From a virus, in the IMG/VR virus record IMGVR_UViG_3300033485_000002, positions 1 through 64,000 of that record: a DNA stretch of 64,000 bases. One strand, 5' to 3'. Positions 49,722 to 58,814 of the stretch are shown here, in pieces (positions within the stretch are counted from its first letter, which is position 1; each line of letters starts with the position of its first letter). Below the pieces are notes generated by a model. The model was given only the letters and a program-made list of their open reading frames with translations. It ran no database searches and had not been told where the DNA came from. A program made the translations under genes and the position numbers.

Positions 49722-50024
49722 ATGGCCTTGACCAAGGACTTCGACAACGTGCCCAGGAAGTTCTTCGGGGGGAGCCGCACCCCGAAGGCGGTCAGTGTGG
49801 ACCTCTGTGTCCACCCCGAGGACCGCAACCGCCCGCTCCAGGTCAGCAGCATTCTCTGCCGCACCTACAAGGGGCGGGTCACCAAGGACGAGCTGCGACG
49901 GATCAAGTTCGCCCTGGACGAGGTCCAGGCGGTGCTCGTCATGAACAAGCTTCAGGGCCAGAGGCTGACCGCTATGGCGTGGTTCCCCCGCTACGGGTGG
50001 CACGTCGTGGCGAGGAAGGACTAG
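49722..50024 (+). CDS. Hypothetical protein
   Basis: GAAAGGGG RBS. Confidence 0.7.
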   Translation: MALTKDFDNVPRKFFGGSRTPKAVSVDLCVHPEDRNRPLQVSSILCRTYKGRVTKDELRRIKFALDEVQAVLVMNKLQGQRLTAMAWFPRYGWHVVARKD

Positions 50025-50026
50025 CC

Positions 50027-50224
50027 ATGCCCGAGCCGGAGCTGACCGTCGAGAAGCTGCTCGACTTCTTGGAGGACGTGCTCTTCACGTTGATCGTAGA
50101 CGAGCACCTGCACCCCGATCACGATCCGGATTGCGGGTGCGTCTACGGGCACATCAAGAAGGTGCTCGGCCCCGAGCGCACGGTGAGGATCGTGGCCGAT
50201 GCCAAGCGCTGCATGAGCGAGTAG
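50027..50224 (+). CDS. Hypothetical protein
   Basis: AAGGA RBS; H/C cluster. Confidence 0.6.
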   Translation: MPEPELTVEKLLDFLEDVLFTLIVDEHLHPDHDPDCGCVYGHIKKVLGPERTVRIVADAKRCMSE

Positions 50225-50305
50225 GACTGTTCATACAACGCCCCTACATGGGGCGTTGTCTGGATCAGCTCCCCCTGGTCCAAATACAATCTTGGAGGTG
50301 CCGAT

Positions 50306-50512
50306 ATGGCATTCAAGGGGACCGTCAGCGTTCGCATGGGCCGGAACTGGATCGAGACCACCGAGCAGGTGCGCCCGGTGACCAGCCAGGACCGGGTCAA
50401 GTTGGGCTACGCCAACTTGGCGCTGCACCAGTTCAACGCGGTGCGCGAGGTGTCCAGCACGGAGAAGGACATCCTCACCCCCTGCAACACCAACCCTGAG
50501 TCCCTCAAGTAG
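50306..50512 (+). CDS. Hypothetical protein
   Basis: GGAGG RBS. Confidence 0.7.
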   Translation: MAFKGTVSVRMGRNWIETTEQVRPVTSQDRVKLGYANLALHQFNAVREVSSTEKDILTPCNTNPESLK

Positions 50513-50676
50513 GGACTCATGTTAGCGCCTATCCGCCTGGATAGCTCTCGCTTCGGGTTCTATCTGATCTGGGCACAGCCTGTCACGGCGTGGGGCGGTC
50601 GGGGGAATCCCCATCCACATCCACGTGATCGCGTGGTAGACTGTGCCTGTCCGACTCTTCACCTCGGGAGGTGATT

Positions 50677-51417
50677 ATGCCTGCGATCGAGGAACCGGAC
50701 CCCCAGAAGGTCTACGCCAGCGGAGGACTCACGTCCTACGGCGTAGTCCAACTCATCATCAACCAGCTTCTGGGGGGGCTGCGAAAGCCCGACCTGGAAA
50801 TCCTCGCCAGCTTCGTCAACCACCGCCTCGCCAACTTCCCCTGTCACTGGAAGAAGGACTTCGCGACCATCGAGGATGTCTTCACCCTGTGGGAGAAGGT
50901 CGCCTTGGAGCAGGGGAACACCGTTTCGGTCATCAAGAAGTTGCGTGACCGCACCGGCTGGGGGCTGCGGGAAGCCAAGGAAGCCACCGACGCCTACAAG
51001 GCGGCACTGGCGAAGAAGGAGATCGATCCTCTGACAAGGGAGATCCCCTTGTGGATGGACGAGGACGAAGACCCCAACGACTGTATCACCGCGAAAGAGC
51101 GGCGGCTGATCTTCGAACAGATGCTGAAGGGTGACAGCACATGGGCGCTGATGAACCCCGAAGGCATCGACCAGATCGCCCAATGCGAGTGCCTCAACAG
51201 CATTCGGGAGCGGCACCAGAGTTCGTCATGGTCTCTGATCGACGCCAAGATGCTGTTCGACGCGGTCGCCAGGGACATTCGCGCCGGGAAGATCTCGAAA
51301 CCCGCCGTGCAACTGGTCGAAGAACCCGAGCCGGAAGACCTCGACGCTGCCATCCGGAGCGGAGAGATCGAAGGCGTGATCGAGTTCAAGGAACTCGACG
51401 GACAACTACTGGAGTAG
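50677..51417 (+). CDS. Protein with a ribosomal bL12 C-terminal-like motif
   Basis: VSVIKKLRDRTGWGLREAKEATD resembles the L7/L12 CTD K..VIK.VR..TGLGLKEAK..V. Confidence 0.7.
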   Translation: MPAIEEPDPQKVYASGGLTSYGVVQLIINQLLGGLRKPDLEILASFVNHRLANFPCHWKKDFATIEDVFTLWEKVALEQGNTVSVIKKLRDRTGWGLREAKEATDAYKAALAKKEIDPLTREIPLWMDEDEDPNDCITAKERRLIFEQMLKGDSTWALMNPEGIDQIAQCECLNSIRERHQSSSWSLIDAKMLFDAVARDIRAGKISKPAVQLVEEPEPEDLDAAIRSGEIEGVIEFKELDGQLLE

Positions 51418-51419
51418 CC

Positions 51420-51680
51420 ATGAGCACCTTTCGGATCGAGCAACTGGAACCTCTCCCCCCGGACGAGAACCCGTTCCTGCACGACCGGTTCCACATGGGC
51501 AACTCCCTGGGGAGCAACGTCATGCTCATGTACCGGGGTTCCGGGGAAGACCAGCCTGCGGACTACCTTATCGTCGTTCATATCCCGACCGGCCAGCGGC
51601 TGAAGATCACCTTCCCGGAGGCCAGACCGGACATTCTCGACGGTGGGGTCATGAGCAGGCTGTTGGGAGGTGTGTCGTGA
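51420..51680 (+). CDS. Hypothetical protein
   Basis: GGAG RBS, coupled. Confidence 0.65.
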   Translation: MSTFRIEQLEPLPPDENPFLHDRFHMGNSLGSNVMLMYRGSGEDQPADYLIVVHIPTGQRLKITFPEARPDILDGGVMSRLLGGVS

Positions 51681-51988
51681 GAGCGATCAGGAACCCGAAG
51701 CTCGTCACTCAGGCGATTCAGGAGGCGATGCTCATTGTCTCCGATCTGCGGGTGGGGCAGCTTCTGGCCAACGCCATGCAGTGGTACAACGAGCGGGAGG
51801 GCAAGCACTCCCGATTCATGGACAAGCATGGCTCACCGGACCTGTACTACGTTGAAGACATCGAACTTGCCAACATCATCCAGATGTACGTGATGTCCCT
51901 TGACTGCCCCAAGTGCGCGGGCAAGGGTGGCAAGCACTTTCTCGATTGCCCCGTGTGGGAGCACAACCAGAAGAAGGAGGCAGAGTGA
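51677..51988 (+). CDS. Hypothetical protein with C-terminal CxxC..H..C
   Basis: GGAGG + GTG; DLRVGQL, DLYYVED..L. Confidence 0.7.
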   Translation: MRAIRNPKLVTQAIQEAMLIVSDLRVGQLLANAMQWYNEREGKHSRFMDKHGSPDLYYVEDIELANIIQMYVMSLDCPKCAGKGGKHFLDCPVWEHNQKKEAE

Positions 51989-51989
51989 T

Positions 51990-52244
51990 ATGAAGACCAA
52001 GCAAGAGCGTCAGGACGCGGCGAAGCAGTTCATCGTGGAGCGCAGCAAGCGTTCCCCGAAGGAGCAGTGGCAGCGGCTGGACGCGAAGTTCGGTGTCTAC
52101 GAGGGTGCCCGCAAGGAGCGGAAGCGTCTGCTGAAGCAGATGGGTGCTCCGGTGTGCGAGTACTGCGAGGGCAAGGGGTGCAGTCGCTGTCATTACTCCG
52201 GGTACTTCGTCAATTTCGCGTACGGGGAGGCCCCAAATGGCTGA
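51990..52244 (+). CDS. Hypothetical protein with a DnaJ-like CxxCxGxG finger
   Basis: AGGAGG RBS; CEYCEGKGCSRC..SG. Confidence 0.7.
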   Translation: MKTKQERQDAAKQFIVERSKRSPKEQWQRLDAKFGVYEGARKERKRLLKQMGAPVCEYCEGKGCSRCHYSGYFVNFAYGEAPNG

Positions 52245-52521
52245 GTACATCAACACCTACGAGGCGTGCTCCGTCCACAAAAATGGTCATTCGGGCCATT
52301 GTGAGAAGTGCGAGACGGAGAACGTGCGTGGCTTGCTGCGCGAGGTGGTCAACTCCGAGATGATGGAGCCGGATGAGTTCGGCAACATCACGCTTTTCGT
52401 CAAGCCGGAGCTGTGGGGCAAGATCGTGGTGCTCCGCACTGTCCCGGTTCCTGTCCGCACCGCCTACGAGATGACGGATGCGGCCACGGCCACCGGGATG
52501 TATGACCACGACACGGAGTGA
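52237..52521 (+). CDS. Hypothetical protein
   Basis: GGAGG RBS; C..H...CEKC. Confidence 0.65.
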   Translation: MAEYINTYEACSVHKNGHSGHCEKCETENVRGLLREVVNSEMMEPDEFGNITLFVKPELWGKIVVLRTVPVPVRTAYEMTDAATATGMYDHDTE

Positions 52522-52525
52522 GACC

Positions 52526-52606
52526 ATGAAGTGGATACTCATTCTGTTGCTGTTGACGTTCTTCGGCATGAAGTGGCTCGACCGGCTGTCCCACCCAAGA
52601 AGGTGA
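52526..52606 (+). CDS. Small membrane peptide (26 aa)
   Basis: GGAG RBS; MKWILILLLLTFFGMKWLDRLSHPRR. Confidence 0.5.
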   Translation: MKWILILLLLTFFGMKWLDRLSHPRR

Positions 52607-52610
52607 AGCC

Positions 52611-52985
52611 ATGAGTCGGGAACCATTTATCGACCTGTCTGACAAAGATGAAGTCATGGCCTCAATCGGGTGGAGAGACAAGGAGATTGCCCGCCTGCAA
52701 GCAGAGGTGATCGCGTTTCGGGTTCTCTATGGAGAGGAGCAGACCAAGACAAAGCGCCTGCAAGCGTTGGTGGACGCGGCGCGACCCGCTGCTCAGTTCT
52801 GCCTGTGGTGCTGCGAGTACTTTTTCGAGGGCAACGACATCTGCGGTGGAGATGCTCAGGACAAGATGGTCGAGCTGGGGCTGCTCGAACAGAGACCGAC
52901 GCCGGAGGATTCCGAGTGGTATGGCGAGTGTGACTTTCTGTACTTCCCCACCAAGGCTTTCGAGGCTCTGGGGGGTGAGTCGTGA
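52611..52985 (+). CDS. Hypothetical protein
   Basis: In operon; DICGGDAQDK.VELGLL motif. Confidence 0.7.
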   Translation: MSREPFIDLSDKDEVMASIGWRDKEIARLQAEVIAFRVLYGEEQTKTKRLQALVDAARPAAQFCLWCCEYFFEGNDICGGDAQDKMVELGLLEQRPTPEDSEWYGECDFLYFPTKAFEALGGES

Positions 52986-53146
52986 GTCAACGTTCTGCGT
53001 TAGAGAACGATGCACTCATTCGAAAATTGATCGCCTATGCCAAGGGGGATTGCTACAGGCTTACGGCGATCATTCGCAGGTTGGGTGCAACCGGGAAGAC
53101 TCCCAAGTGGAAGGAAGTTGTCCGCGCCCTGGGAGGTGGGTTATGA
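52982..53146 (+). CDS. Small hypothetical protein (54 aa)
   Basis: GTGA and ATGA overlaps with both neighbours. Confidence 0.55.
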   Translation: MSQRSALENDALIRKLIAYAKGDCYRLTAIIRRLGATGKTPKWKEVVRALGGGL

Positions 53147-53673
53147 GCCATCCGTTGCTCACCATGTGCCAGGAACTCATCGACGAGAACCTGCGTCTCA
53201 AGAGCGACCTCAACATGATGTTCTTCGAGAAGGAGGCGCTCCAGCAGGCGCTGGAAGCGAGTGAGGCGTTGCTCCATCAAGAGCAACTTCGGAACGAGAA
53301 GGTGGTGCTTGACCTCAGTGGTATGCTTGGCCATACCTTGCAAAAGATCGAGCAGTTGCAGGAAGAACTGCATCAGGCACAGCTTCGAGCGGACTCGATG
53401 AAGTTCAGGATCATCGACCTGGAGAACGAGGCGCGATATCCCGAGATCCGAGCGGCCAAGGACGCCGAGTTCCTGAAGAAACGCTGCACCGAGTGTGAGG
53501 AGGAAGGCTGTCCTGGCCTTATCCAGTGCCCCAAGTGTGGGTACAAGGAGCACGGTGCGAGTGCTCTTACCCACGTTCAGGACCACGGCTACTGCCACGA
53601 GTGTCTGGTGGCATGGCAATACGGGGAGGATAAATGGCAACACAACGGGGAGGATGAAGATGACTCTGTTTGA
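53143..53673 (+). CDS. Coiled-coil plus Cys-cluster protein
   Basis: GGAGG RBS; CTEC, CPKC, CHEC. Confidence 0.7.
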   Translation: MSHPLLTMCQELIDENLRLKSDLNMMFFEKEALQQALEASEALLHQEQLRNEKVVLDLSGMLGHTLQKIEQLQEELHQAQLRADSMKFRIIDLENEARYPEIRAAKDAEFLKKRCTECEEEGCPGLIQCPKCGYKEHGASALTHVQDHGYCHECLVAWQYGEDKWQHNGEDEDDSV

Positions 53674-54052
53674 GCGGGCGATGAATGACTTGGCCGAGAA
53701 CCTCAACCACGTCATCAACTACAACTGGGAGCAGGAAATCGAGGATTTCGAGCAGCAGCTTTTCGAGGAAAATGCGGATAGCAACCACGTTTTCGTCAAG
53801 CTCGTCAAGCTGGAAAACGCACGGCGCGTTCTGGTAGGGGGACCGATGCCCGAGGAACCGCCTCGCAGGTTGGGTGAGTACCTGTGGAACGAGCTGCTGA
53901 ACACGTCGCAGTACTTCGAGTGCGACAACTGCCACCACATCGACTCGAAGCTCGATCCGATCCCCCCGACCTACTGGCAGTACGTGGAAGGCGGGGAGAT
54001 CGCTCCAGCCGGATTCTGCGTCAGGTGCGGCTGTGCCGCATTTCCGGTGTAG
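53660..54052 (+). CDS. Hypothetical Zn-ribbon protein
   Basis: GGAGG RBS; CDNC...CVRC. Confidence 0.7.
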   Translation: MTLFERAMNDLAENLNHVINYNWEQEIEDFEQQLFEENADSNHVFVKLVKLENARRVLVGGPMPEEPPRRLGEYLWNELLNTSQYFECDNCHHIDSKLDPIPPTYWQYVEGGEIAPAGFCVRCGCAAFPV

Positions 54053-54063
54053 CAGGAGGTGTT

Positions 54064-54276
54064 ATGGCCCGGTATACGCAACCACGTAGCGACACCCCGA
54101 ACGAGGGCACCGGCCCGAACGAGCGGAAGTACGTTCCGAGGACGCTGACGAACTACGAGAAGTTCGCTCGGAACGGGGAGTTGCTTTGGCACTGTTCGCA
54201 TTGCGATGCGCTCAACCAGACCAACGCGAGAGCGTGCGCTCAATGCGGTGCTGACAGACGGCAGAACAAGCGGTGA
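54064..54276 (+). CDS. RanBP2-type zinc-finger protein
   Basis: W.CSHC...N......CAQCG. Confidence 0.7.
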   Translation: MARYTQPRSDTPNEGTGPNERKYVPRTLTNYEKFARNGELLWHCSHCDALNQTNARACAQCGADRRQNKR

Positions 54277-54539
54277 CCACCATGAGCATGATGGATTCGA
54301 GACTGGCTCAGCATGAGCGGGATCTTGAGTACCTGAAGCATGACGGGAAGAAGTGCCCGTTTTGCGGAGTGGTGGACTGCATCGTCATGACTGGTGAACT
54401 CCAGCATGAGGGCACGGCCATCTTCCAGGAAGTCAAGTGCGAGAAGTGCGCCACTCGATGGGTGGATTGCTACGAGCTGACGGGCATTTCGGCAATGGAA
54501 GATCTGGCAGAGCAGTCTGACTTTGACGAACAACTGTGA
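54273..54539 (+). CDS. Zn-ribbon protein
   Basis: CPFCG...CEKC..RW.D.Y.L. Confidence 0.7.
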   Translation: MTTMSMMDSRLAQHERDLEYLKHDGKKCPFCGVVDCIVMTGELQHEGTAIFQEVKCEKCATRWVDCYELTGISAMEDLAEQSDFDEQL

Positions 54540-54557
54540 CTTGGAAAGGAGCCTCGT

Positions 54558-54866
54558 ATGAGCAAGAGTCAGGTGACCAAGGGGACGGTCGTTCTGCGTC
54601 GGCACGAAGTCGAGGTGCTTCAACAGAGGTTGAACATCATCCCGGACCACGTGAACGGGATGCCGCTTCAGACCAAGGTGCGCCGGGGTGCCATCGAGCG
54701 CCGCCGTTTGTCCTTGGTCAAGGCCGACAAGCTCGCTCCGAACCTGCTGGCGAGCCAGGAGCTGTACCGGCTGTGCCAGTACATCAATGACGGCTTCAAG
54801 ACGGTGGGCTGGGCGATCCGTTCGACAGTCTCCGGTGACTACTTCGTCTACAGCGAGAAGTGGTGA
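54558..54866 (+). CDS. Hypothetical protein
   Basis: AAAGGAG RBS. Confidence 0.7.
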   Translation: MSKSQVTKGTVVLRRHEVEVLQQRLNIIPDHVNGMPLQTKVRRGAIERRRLSLVKADKLAPNLLASQELYRLCQYINDGFKTVGWAIRSTVSGDYFVYSEKW

Positions 54867-55147
54867 TGCGACTCTTTCCGGCGAACATTCTCATCTGTGA
54901 GGGTGATTCACTCGTGCGGAGGGATACGACAACCCCCATGGGCTTCAAGGGGGAGTGGATCATCGTTCCCAAGGAAGACTTCGATGCTGCCCGGAAGTTG
55001 TTCACGGATCTCCAGGACGCGATCATCATGTTGAGCCGAAACGTGGACGCCGAGGACGACTACTATCGCCGGAAGGCGATCGTCCCGGAGGTGAATCAGC
55101 TTCGCCTTCTTGTGGGACTGCCGGTACTCGGAACGTCAACGCTATGA
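54866..55147 (+). CDS. Hypothetical protein
   Basis: TGATG coupling. Confidence 0.6.
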   Translation: MRLFPANILICEGDSLVRRDTTTPMGFKGEWIIVPKEDFDAARKLFTDLQDAIIMLSRNVDAEDDYYRRKAIVPEVNQLRLLVGLPVLGTSTL

Positions 55148-55404
55148 AGACGTATATCGCGATCGAAGTCGTGACTCGGGGTGGTCAGTCGTACCGAAGT
55201 GACGAGCAGGAACTCACCCCCGAGGTCGAAGAGGCCATGGCCGGGTGGAAGGAGATCACGAGTCGTTTGCGGGAGGTTTCGGACTTCAGCATCGTCGCTA
55301 CCCATGTGTGGGGCGAAACGACATACCACTTTCATCCGGACGACATTTCCGTTGTCGCCATTCTCAAAATCCGAGAAGAATGGAGCAAAGCAATGAAGCG
55401 GTAG
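55144..55404 (+). CDS. Hypothetical protein
   Basis: ATGA coupling. Confidence 0.6.
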   Translation: MKTYIAIEVVTRGGQSYRSDEQELTPEVEEAMAGWKEITSRLREVSDFSIVATHVWGETTYHFHPDDISVVAILKIREEWSKAMKR

Positions 55405-55462
55405 CTATGTCAAGAAGTGCTTGAACCTATCGTCAACTTCTCACTCAATAAGGAGATTTCAG

Positions 55463-56086
55463 ATGGCAACGAAGCGCACCTATCGCAAGACGGCCCCGAA
55501 GACCCAGACCAGCCAGCAGGCTGCCCCTCGGGACTATGATGTCCGGTATGTCCCGGACTTTGTGCTCGGGCAGATCTCGGGAGCGAAGAACGGCAAGTCC
55601 GGTCGCCCGGAGCTGTTCAGCCTGCGGACCTACAAGGTCCGGACCAAGGAAGGCGAGACCGTCGTCGGCAGCTACCTCGTGTTCGGTGGGGTGCCGCCCC
55701 AGAAGCTGCACGAGAAGCTCGACAGCCTGGGCTTCAAGGTCCGCCGCCGTCCCGCTTCCTGGACCGACAAGCAGAACGTCGTCCACGAGGTCGGCAGCAA
55801 CGACCGGGACTGCTACGCGGTGTACTACAACACCGAGCCGTCCATGACTGAGGAGCAGGCCGAGTACATCGGTGGGTTGCTGGCGAAGACCACGAAATAC
55901 GTGGCCGACAATGGCCGCACCTTCCTGCTCCCGTCCTGGGACGCCGTCGAAGCCGACTGGGGAAGCCGGGACAACTGGCTCCAGATCTGCACCGTGGCCG
56001 AGGAGGAGCACTCCCCCGCATCGGGCGGCAACGGTGACGAAGAGACGCCGGGGGTGGACCTCAAGGCCCTCGACGAGATGTTCTAG
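55463..56086 (+). CDS. Hypothetical protein with basic N-terminus and acidic LDEMF tail (possible ssDNA-binding)
   Basis: AAGGAG RBS; strong GC3 bias. Confidence 0.65.
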   Translation: MATKRTYRKTAPKTQTSQQAAPRDYDVRYVPDFVLGQISGAKNGKSGRPELFSLRTYKVRTKEGETVVGSYLVFGGVPPQKLHEKLDSLGFKVRRRPASWTDKQNVVHEVGSNDRDCYAVYYNTEPSMTEEQAEYIGGLLAKTTKYVADNGRTFLLPSWDAVEADWGSRDNWLQICTVAEEEHSPASGGNGDEETPGVDLKALDEMF

Positions 56087-56092
56087 GCGACC

Positions 56093-56317
56093 ATGTCCAA
56101 GTCGGTGACGCTGCTCGATTTCCTAACCGAGGAGCAGATCACCAAGGCTGACCGTATCGTGGGGGAAACCCCCGATATGGGGCAGGCTGCGAAGCGTCTG
56201 CGAGCGGAGGTCATCGAGCCGAACATGGCCGAGATCGACCGCAAGCTCGGGCAGGAGAACGATCCTGCGTTCATGGCGTACGCGACTCTGTACGTCTTGC
56301 TGCGGCTACGGCAGTAG
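56093..56317 (+). CDS. Hypothetical protein
   Basis: In operon. Confidence 0.7.
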   Translation: MSKSVTLLDFLTEEQITKADRIVGETPDMGQAAKRLRAEVIEPNMAEIDRKLGQENDPAFMAYATLYVLLRLRQ

Positions 56318-56324
56318 CTACTCT

Positions 56325-56360
56325 GGGTGGGGGCTATCCTTCGGGGTAGCCCCCATCTTT
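56325..56360 (+). terminator. 15-bp UUCG-capped hairpin (terminator or processing site)
   Basis: GGGTGGGGGCTATCC-TTCG-GGGTAGCCCCCATCT. Confidence 0.7.
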
Positions 56361-56378
56361 GTCTTGGAAGGGAGCCTT

Positions 56379-56786
56379 ATGGACGAAGCAGCAGCACGGC
56401 AGCTCATCCTCGATACGCTGGCGAAGATGGACCAGATGGAAGAACTCCGGAAGAAACAGACGGAGACGATCGCCGAACTGCGGCGTGCGCTCTCCCACAA
56501 GTATTTCTGGCCGGAAGCATACGCGGGGCGAGCTGTCCCTAAAATCTTGTTCGTCGGAGCGGGTAAAAGCGACAAGTTCACCATGACCATGACGGATCTG
56601 GAGACGTTGGAGATGCGTAGCTTCACGTTCCGGGTTCGGCACACGACTAAGGAACAATCACAGTTCATCCTAACGGGGCGAGTGGGCGGTTACGCTCGTA
56701 TCGAGTTGGTGGAACCGCAAGGGCTGGAAATCCCGGTTGATATCATGCTTGAAGTCGTGAAACCGTGGCTCAATCAGTGCTTCTGA
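56379..56786 (+). CDS. Hypothetical protein
   Basis: AGGGAG RBS. Confidence 0.7.
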   Translation: MDEAAARQLILDTLAKMDQMEELRKKQTETIAELRRALSHKYFWPEAYAGRAVPKILFVGAGKSDKFTMTMTDLETLEMRSFTFRVRHTTKEQSQFILTGRVGGYARIELVEPQGLEIPVDIMLEVVKPWLNQCF

Positions 56787-56796
56787 GGAGGCAACT

Positions 56797-57963
56797 ATGT
56801 ACATGAAAGACGTGCGAGTCGGTCAGACGTATGCGTATGCCGAGGACTACAGCCGGAAGTGCCGGTTCAACGTCAACGAGGTGACGGTGCAGCCGGTCGT
56901 CATCACGGACAAGTCCGTGCAGGAGGTCTACACGACGGACAACTGCGGGAGGTTGATCCCGACTCGCAAGACCATCCTGAAGGGGAAGCTCTATGGCATC
57001 CCGGCCACCGACATGCGGGCGCTCGACCTGGACCTCGTGGAGAAGGACAACCAGAAGCTCATCCAGGTGGTGCAGGTTAAGCCCGAGGATATCGTGTCCC
57101 CGTGGGAACCGGAAGTCGAGCGGGCACGGTATCGTGCGGCGATCAAGGTGAAAGCCATGAACGCCCAACGGTATCTTGGGATTCTGGCCTGTGCGGTGCT
57201 GGATCAGATGCGACTTCAGTCATCTTTCGTCGTTCAGAGCAACCCATCAGTTCTTCTCGATATCTGGCCCCTGACCCTTTCTGGCAGCTCCCCCTTCATG
57301 TACTCGAAGGATGAGGAAGTCACCCAGCTTCTGCGGCATCAACTGAAGTGGTCGCTGTTCTCGGGGCTGGTTGCCTTCAACCGTACAGAGGATGACTACC
57401 TTTCGTTTGCTGTGACGATGCAAAAGCCTTCGGAGGGATGGCCCAAGAAGGAAGCAGCTACTACTGATGTGGCCGCTTCAATGACCACGTACAACTACGT
57501 GAAGGTCTTTGGTGTCAATCTGGCGATGCTGTTTGGAGCCACGTACTGCAAGCCGCCCGCACAGCCGCCCAAGAGCTACCGCAAGAAGAACGTAGCTCTG
57601 TGGACAGCGAAAGACAGGGCTGCGAACGAGGTTTACTTCGACAAGAAGCTTCTCCCGTGGTTCGAGCGTGTTCGTGCCCGGTTGGCGAAGAGCACGCAGG
57701 AGGAGCGGCATCATGTCGTGGAGCTGGGGCTGAATCAGCTTCGACAGCAGGTGATGGATTTCACCGGTTTCTCCGGACGGGCTGCCAAGGATATCCCGGT
57801 GGGTAAGAACATCCCGATGTTCAACTTCACCTTCTCTTCGGATGTTTGGCAAAAGGAGTTGAAGGCACGGTCTGAGTCAACACTTGCGCTGCCGAGTGCT
57901 GCCCAACTTCAGACACTCAAGTCTTCGGAGCTGAGATACACCGCGTTCTTCCTGTCGAGGTGA
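56797..57963 (+). CDS. Hypothetical protein (388 aa)
   Basis: AGGAGG RBS. Confidence 0.75.
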   Translation: MYMKDVRVGQTYAYAEDYSRKCRFNVNEVTVQPVVITDKSVQEVYTTDNCGRLIPTRKTILKGKLYGIPATDMRALDLDLVEKDNQKLIQVVQVKPEDIVSPWEPEVERARYRAAIKVKAMNAQRYLGILACAVLDQMRLQSSFVVQSNPSVLLDIWPLTLSGSSPFMYSKDEEVTQLLRHQLKWSLFSGLVAFNRTEDDYLSFAVTMQKPSEGWPKKEAATTDVAASMTTYNYVKVFGVNLAMLFGATYCKPPAQPPKSYRKKNVALWTAKDRAANEVYFDKKLLPWFERVRARLAKSTQEERHHVVELGLNQLRQQVMDFTGFSGRAAKDIPVGKNIPMFNFTFSSDVWQKELKARSESTLALPSAAQLQTLKSSELRYTAFFLSR

Positions 57964-57966
57964 CGT

Positions 57967-58209
57967 ATGCCCTGGACCGAGCAGGAGATCAAGGAAATTG
58001 AGCGTACCTATCAGGCACCGGAAGGGTTCACCTGGGTGTGCCTGATGTGCGGGAAAACCGCACGGAACCGTGACCAGTTCATGGACGTTTCGTGCTTCAT
58101 CCACGCGGTGGTCATCAAGAACACCGATCTGAAACGGGATGAGACCGGGGAAGTCATTGCCGTGCAAGAGGTTGCGTTTGATCCACAAACGGATCGGATT
58201 CGGGCGTAG
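57967..58209 (+). CDS. Small Zn-binding protein
   Basis: WVCLMCGK...D.SCF.HA. Confidence 0.7.
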   Translation: MPWTEQEIKEIERTYQAPEGFTWVCLMCGKTARNRDQFMDVSCFIHAVVIKNTDLKRDETGEVIAVQEVAFDPQTDRIRA

Positions 58210-58217
58210 GAGGCATC

Positions 58218-58394
58218 ATGCCTGAGACCCCTGAGCAGGAGTTGGCCCGGTTGAGGAACGCTGTCCGAGAGCTGCCGAATTTTCTTCGGTTGGAGATCCC
58301 GGACATCCTGATGGATGAGCATGGTTCTCAATGCGATTGCGACGTGTGTCGTACTTTCGGATACGCGGCTGAGCAGGCTGAGGACGAGGAGTAG
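58218..58394 (+). CDS. Small hypothetical protein
   Basis: AGGAGG RBS; H..QCDCDVC. Confidence 0.6.
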   Translation: MPETPEQELARLRNAVRELPNFLRLEIPDILMDEHGSQCDCDVCRTFGYAAEQAEDEE

Positions 58395-58397
58395 GTC

Positions 58398-58571
58398 ATG
58401 CGTAACCTTCAGGGTATCCCGCGAGAGTGGTTGACTCAGGCCCACCTGACCCCCAAGGAGCAGCGTGAACTGGAGCAGCGTGAGAAGAAGCAGCTCCGGG
58501 AGCGGTTGAGCCGTGAAGAGATCTACGCCAAGGAAGAGCCTGACTTCGATACGTGGCAAGCGGAGAAGTAG
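58398..58571 (+). CDS. Small charged protein
   Basis: AGGAG RBS; fills the gap. Confidence 0.55.
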   Translation: MRNLQGIPREWLTQAHLTPKEQRELEQREKKQLRERLSREEIYAKEEPDFDTWQAEK

Positions 58572-58814
58572 ATGACCTCTCAAGAAAATCCGCTTTGGTT
58601 GAGTGATAGCATCCAGTTCCCCCGGCTGTTGGCTGAGATCCATGCTATTGATATGCCTCAAGATATGCTGGATCAGCTTTGCCTAAACATGGATTTGGAG
58701 CCGTTCCAAATCGGAGAGATTCTCAGGCGAGCGACAGAGGCATTTGACAGGATCAAAGAGGAATTTTGTCCGTCGTCCCTAGACACTACCAAGAGGATCA
58801 ACCCTGATGGCTAA
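58572..58814 (+). CDS. Hypothetical protein
   Basis: W..DSIQFPRLLAEI motif. Confidence 0.7.
   Translation: MTSQENPLWLSDSIQFPRLLAEIHAIDMPQDMLDQLCLNMDLEPFQIGEILRRATEAFDRIKEEFCPSSLDTTKRINPDG

Noticed and set aside
3421-51160. Other CTGATGA occurrences as additional hammerheads
   Set aside because: Those seen lie inside coding sequence without flanking stems or a properly placed GAAA
52986-53142. Structured ncRNA (TGCACTCA/TGGGTGCA and TGATCGCC/GGCGATCA stems)
   Set aside because: The region is fully occupied by a 54-aa ORF coupled to both neighbours
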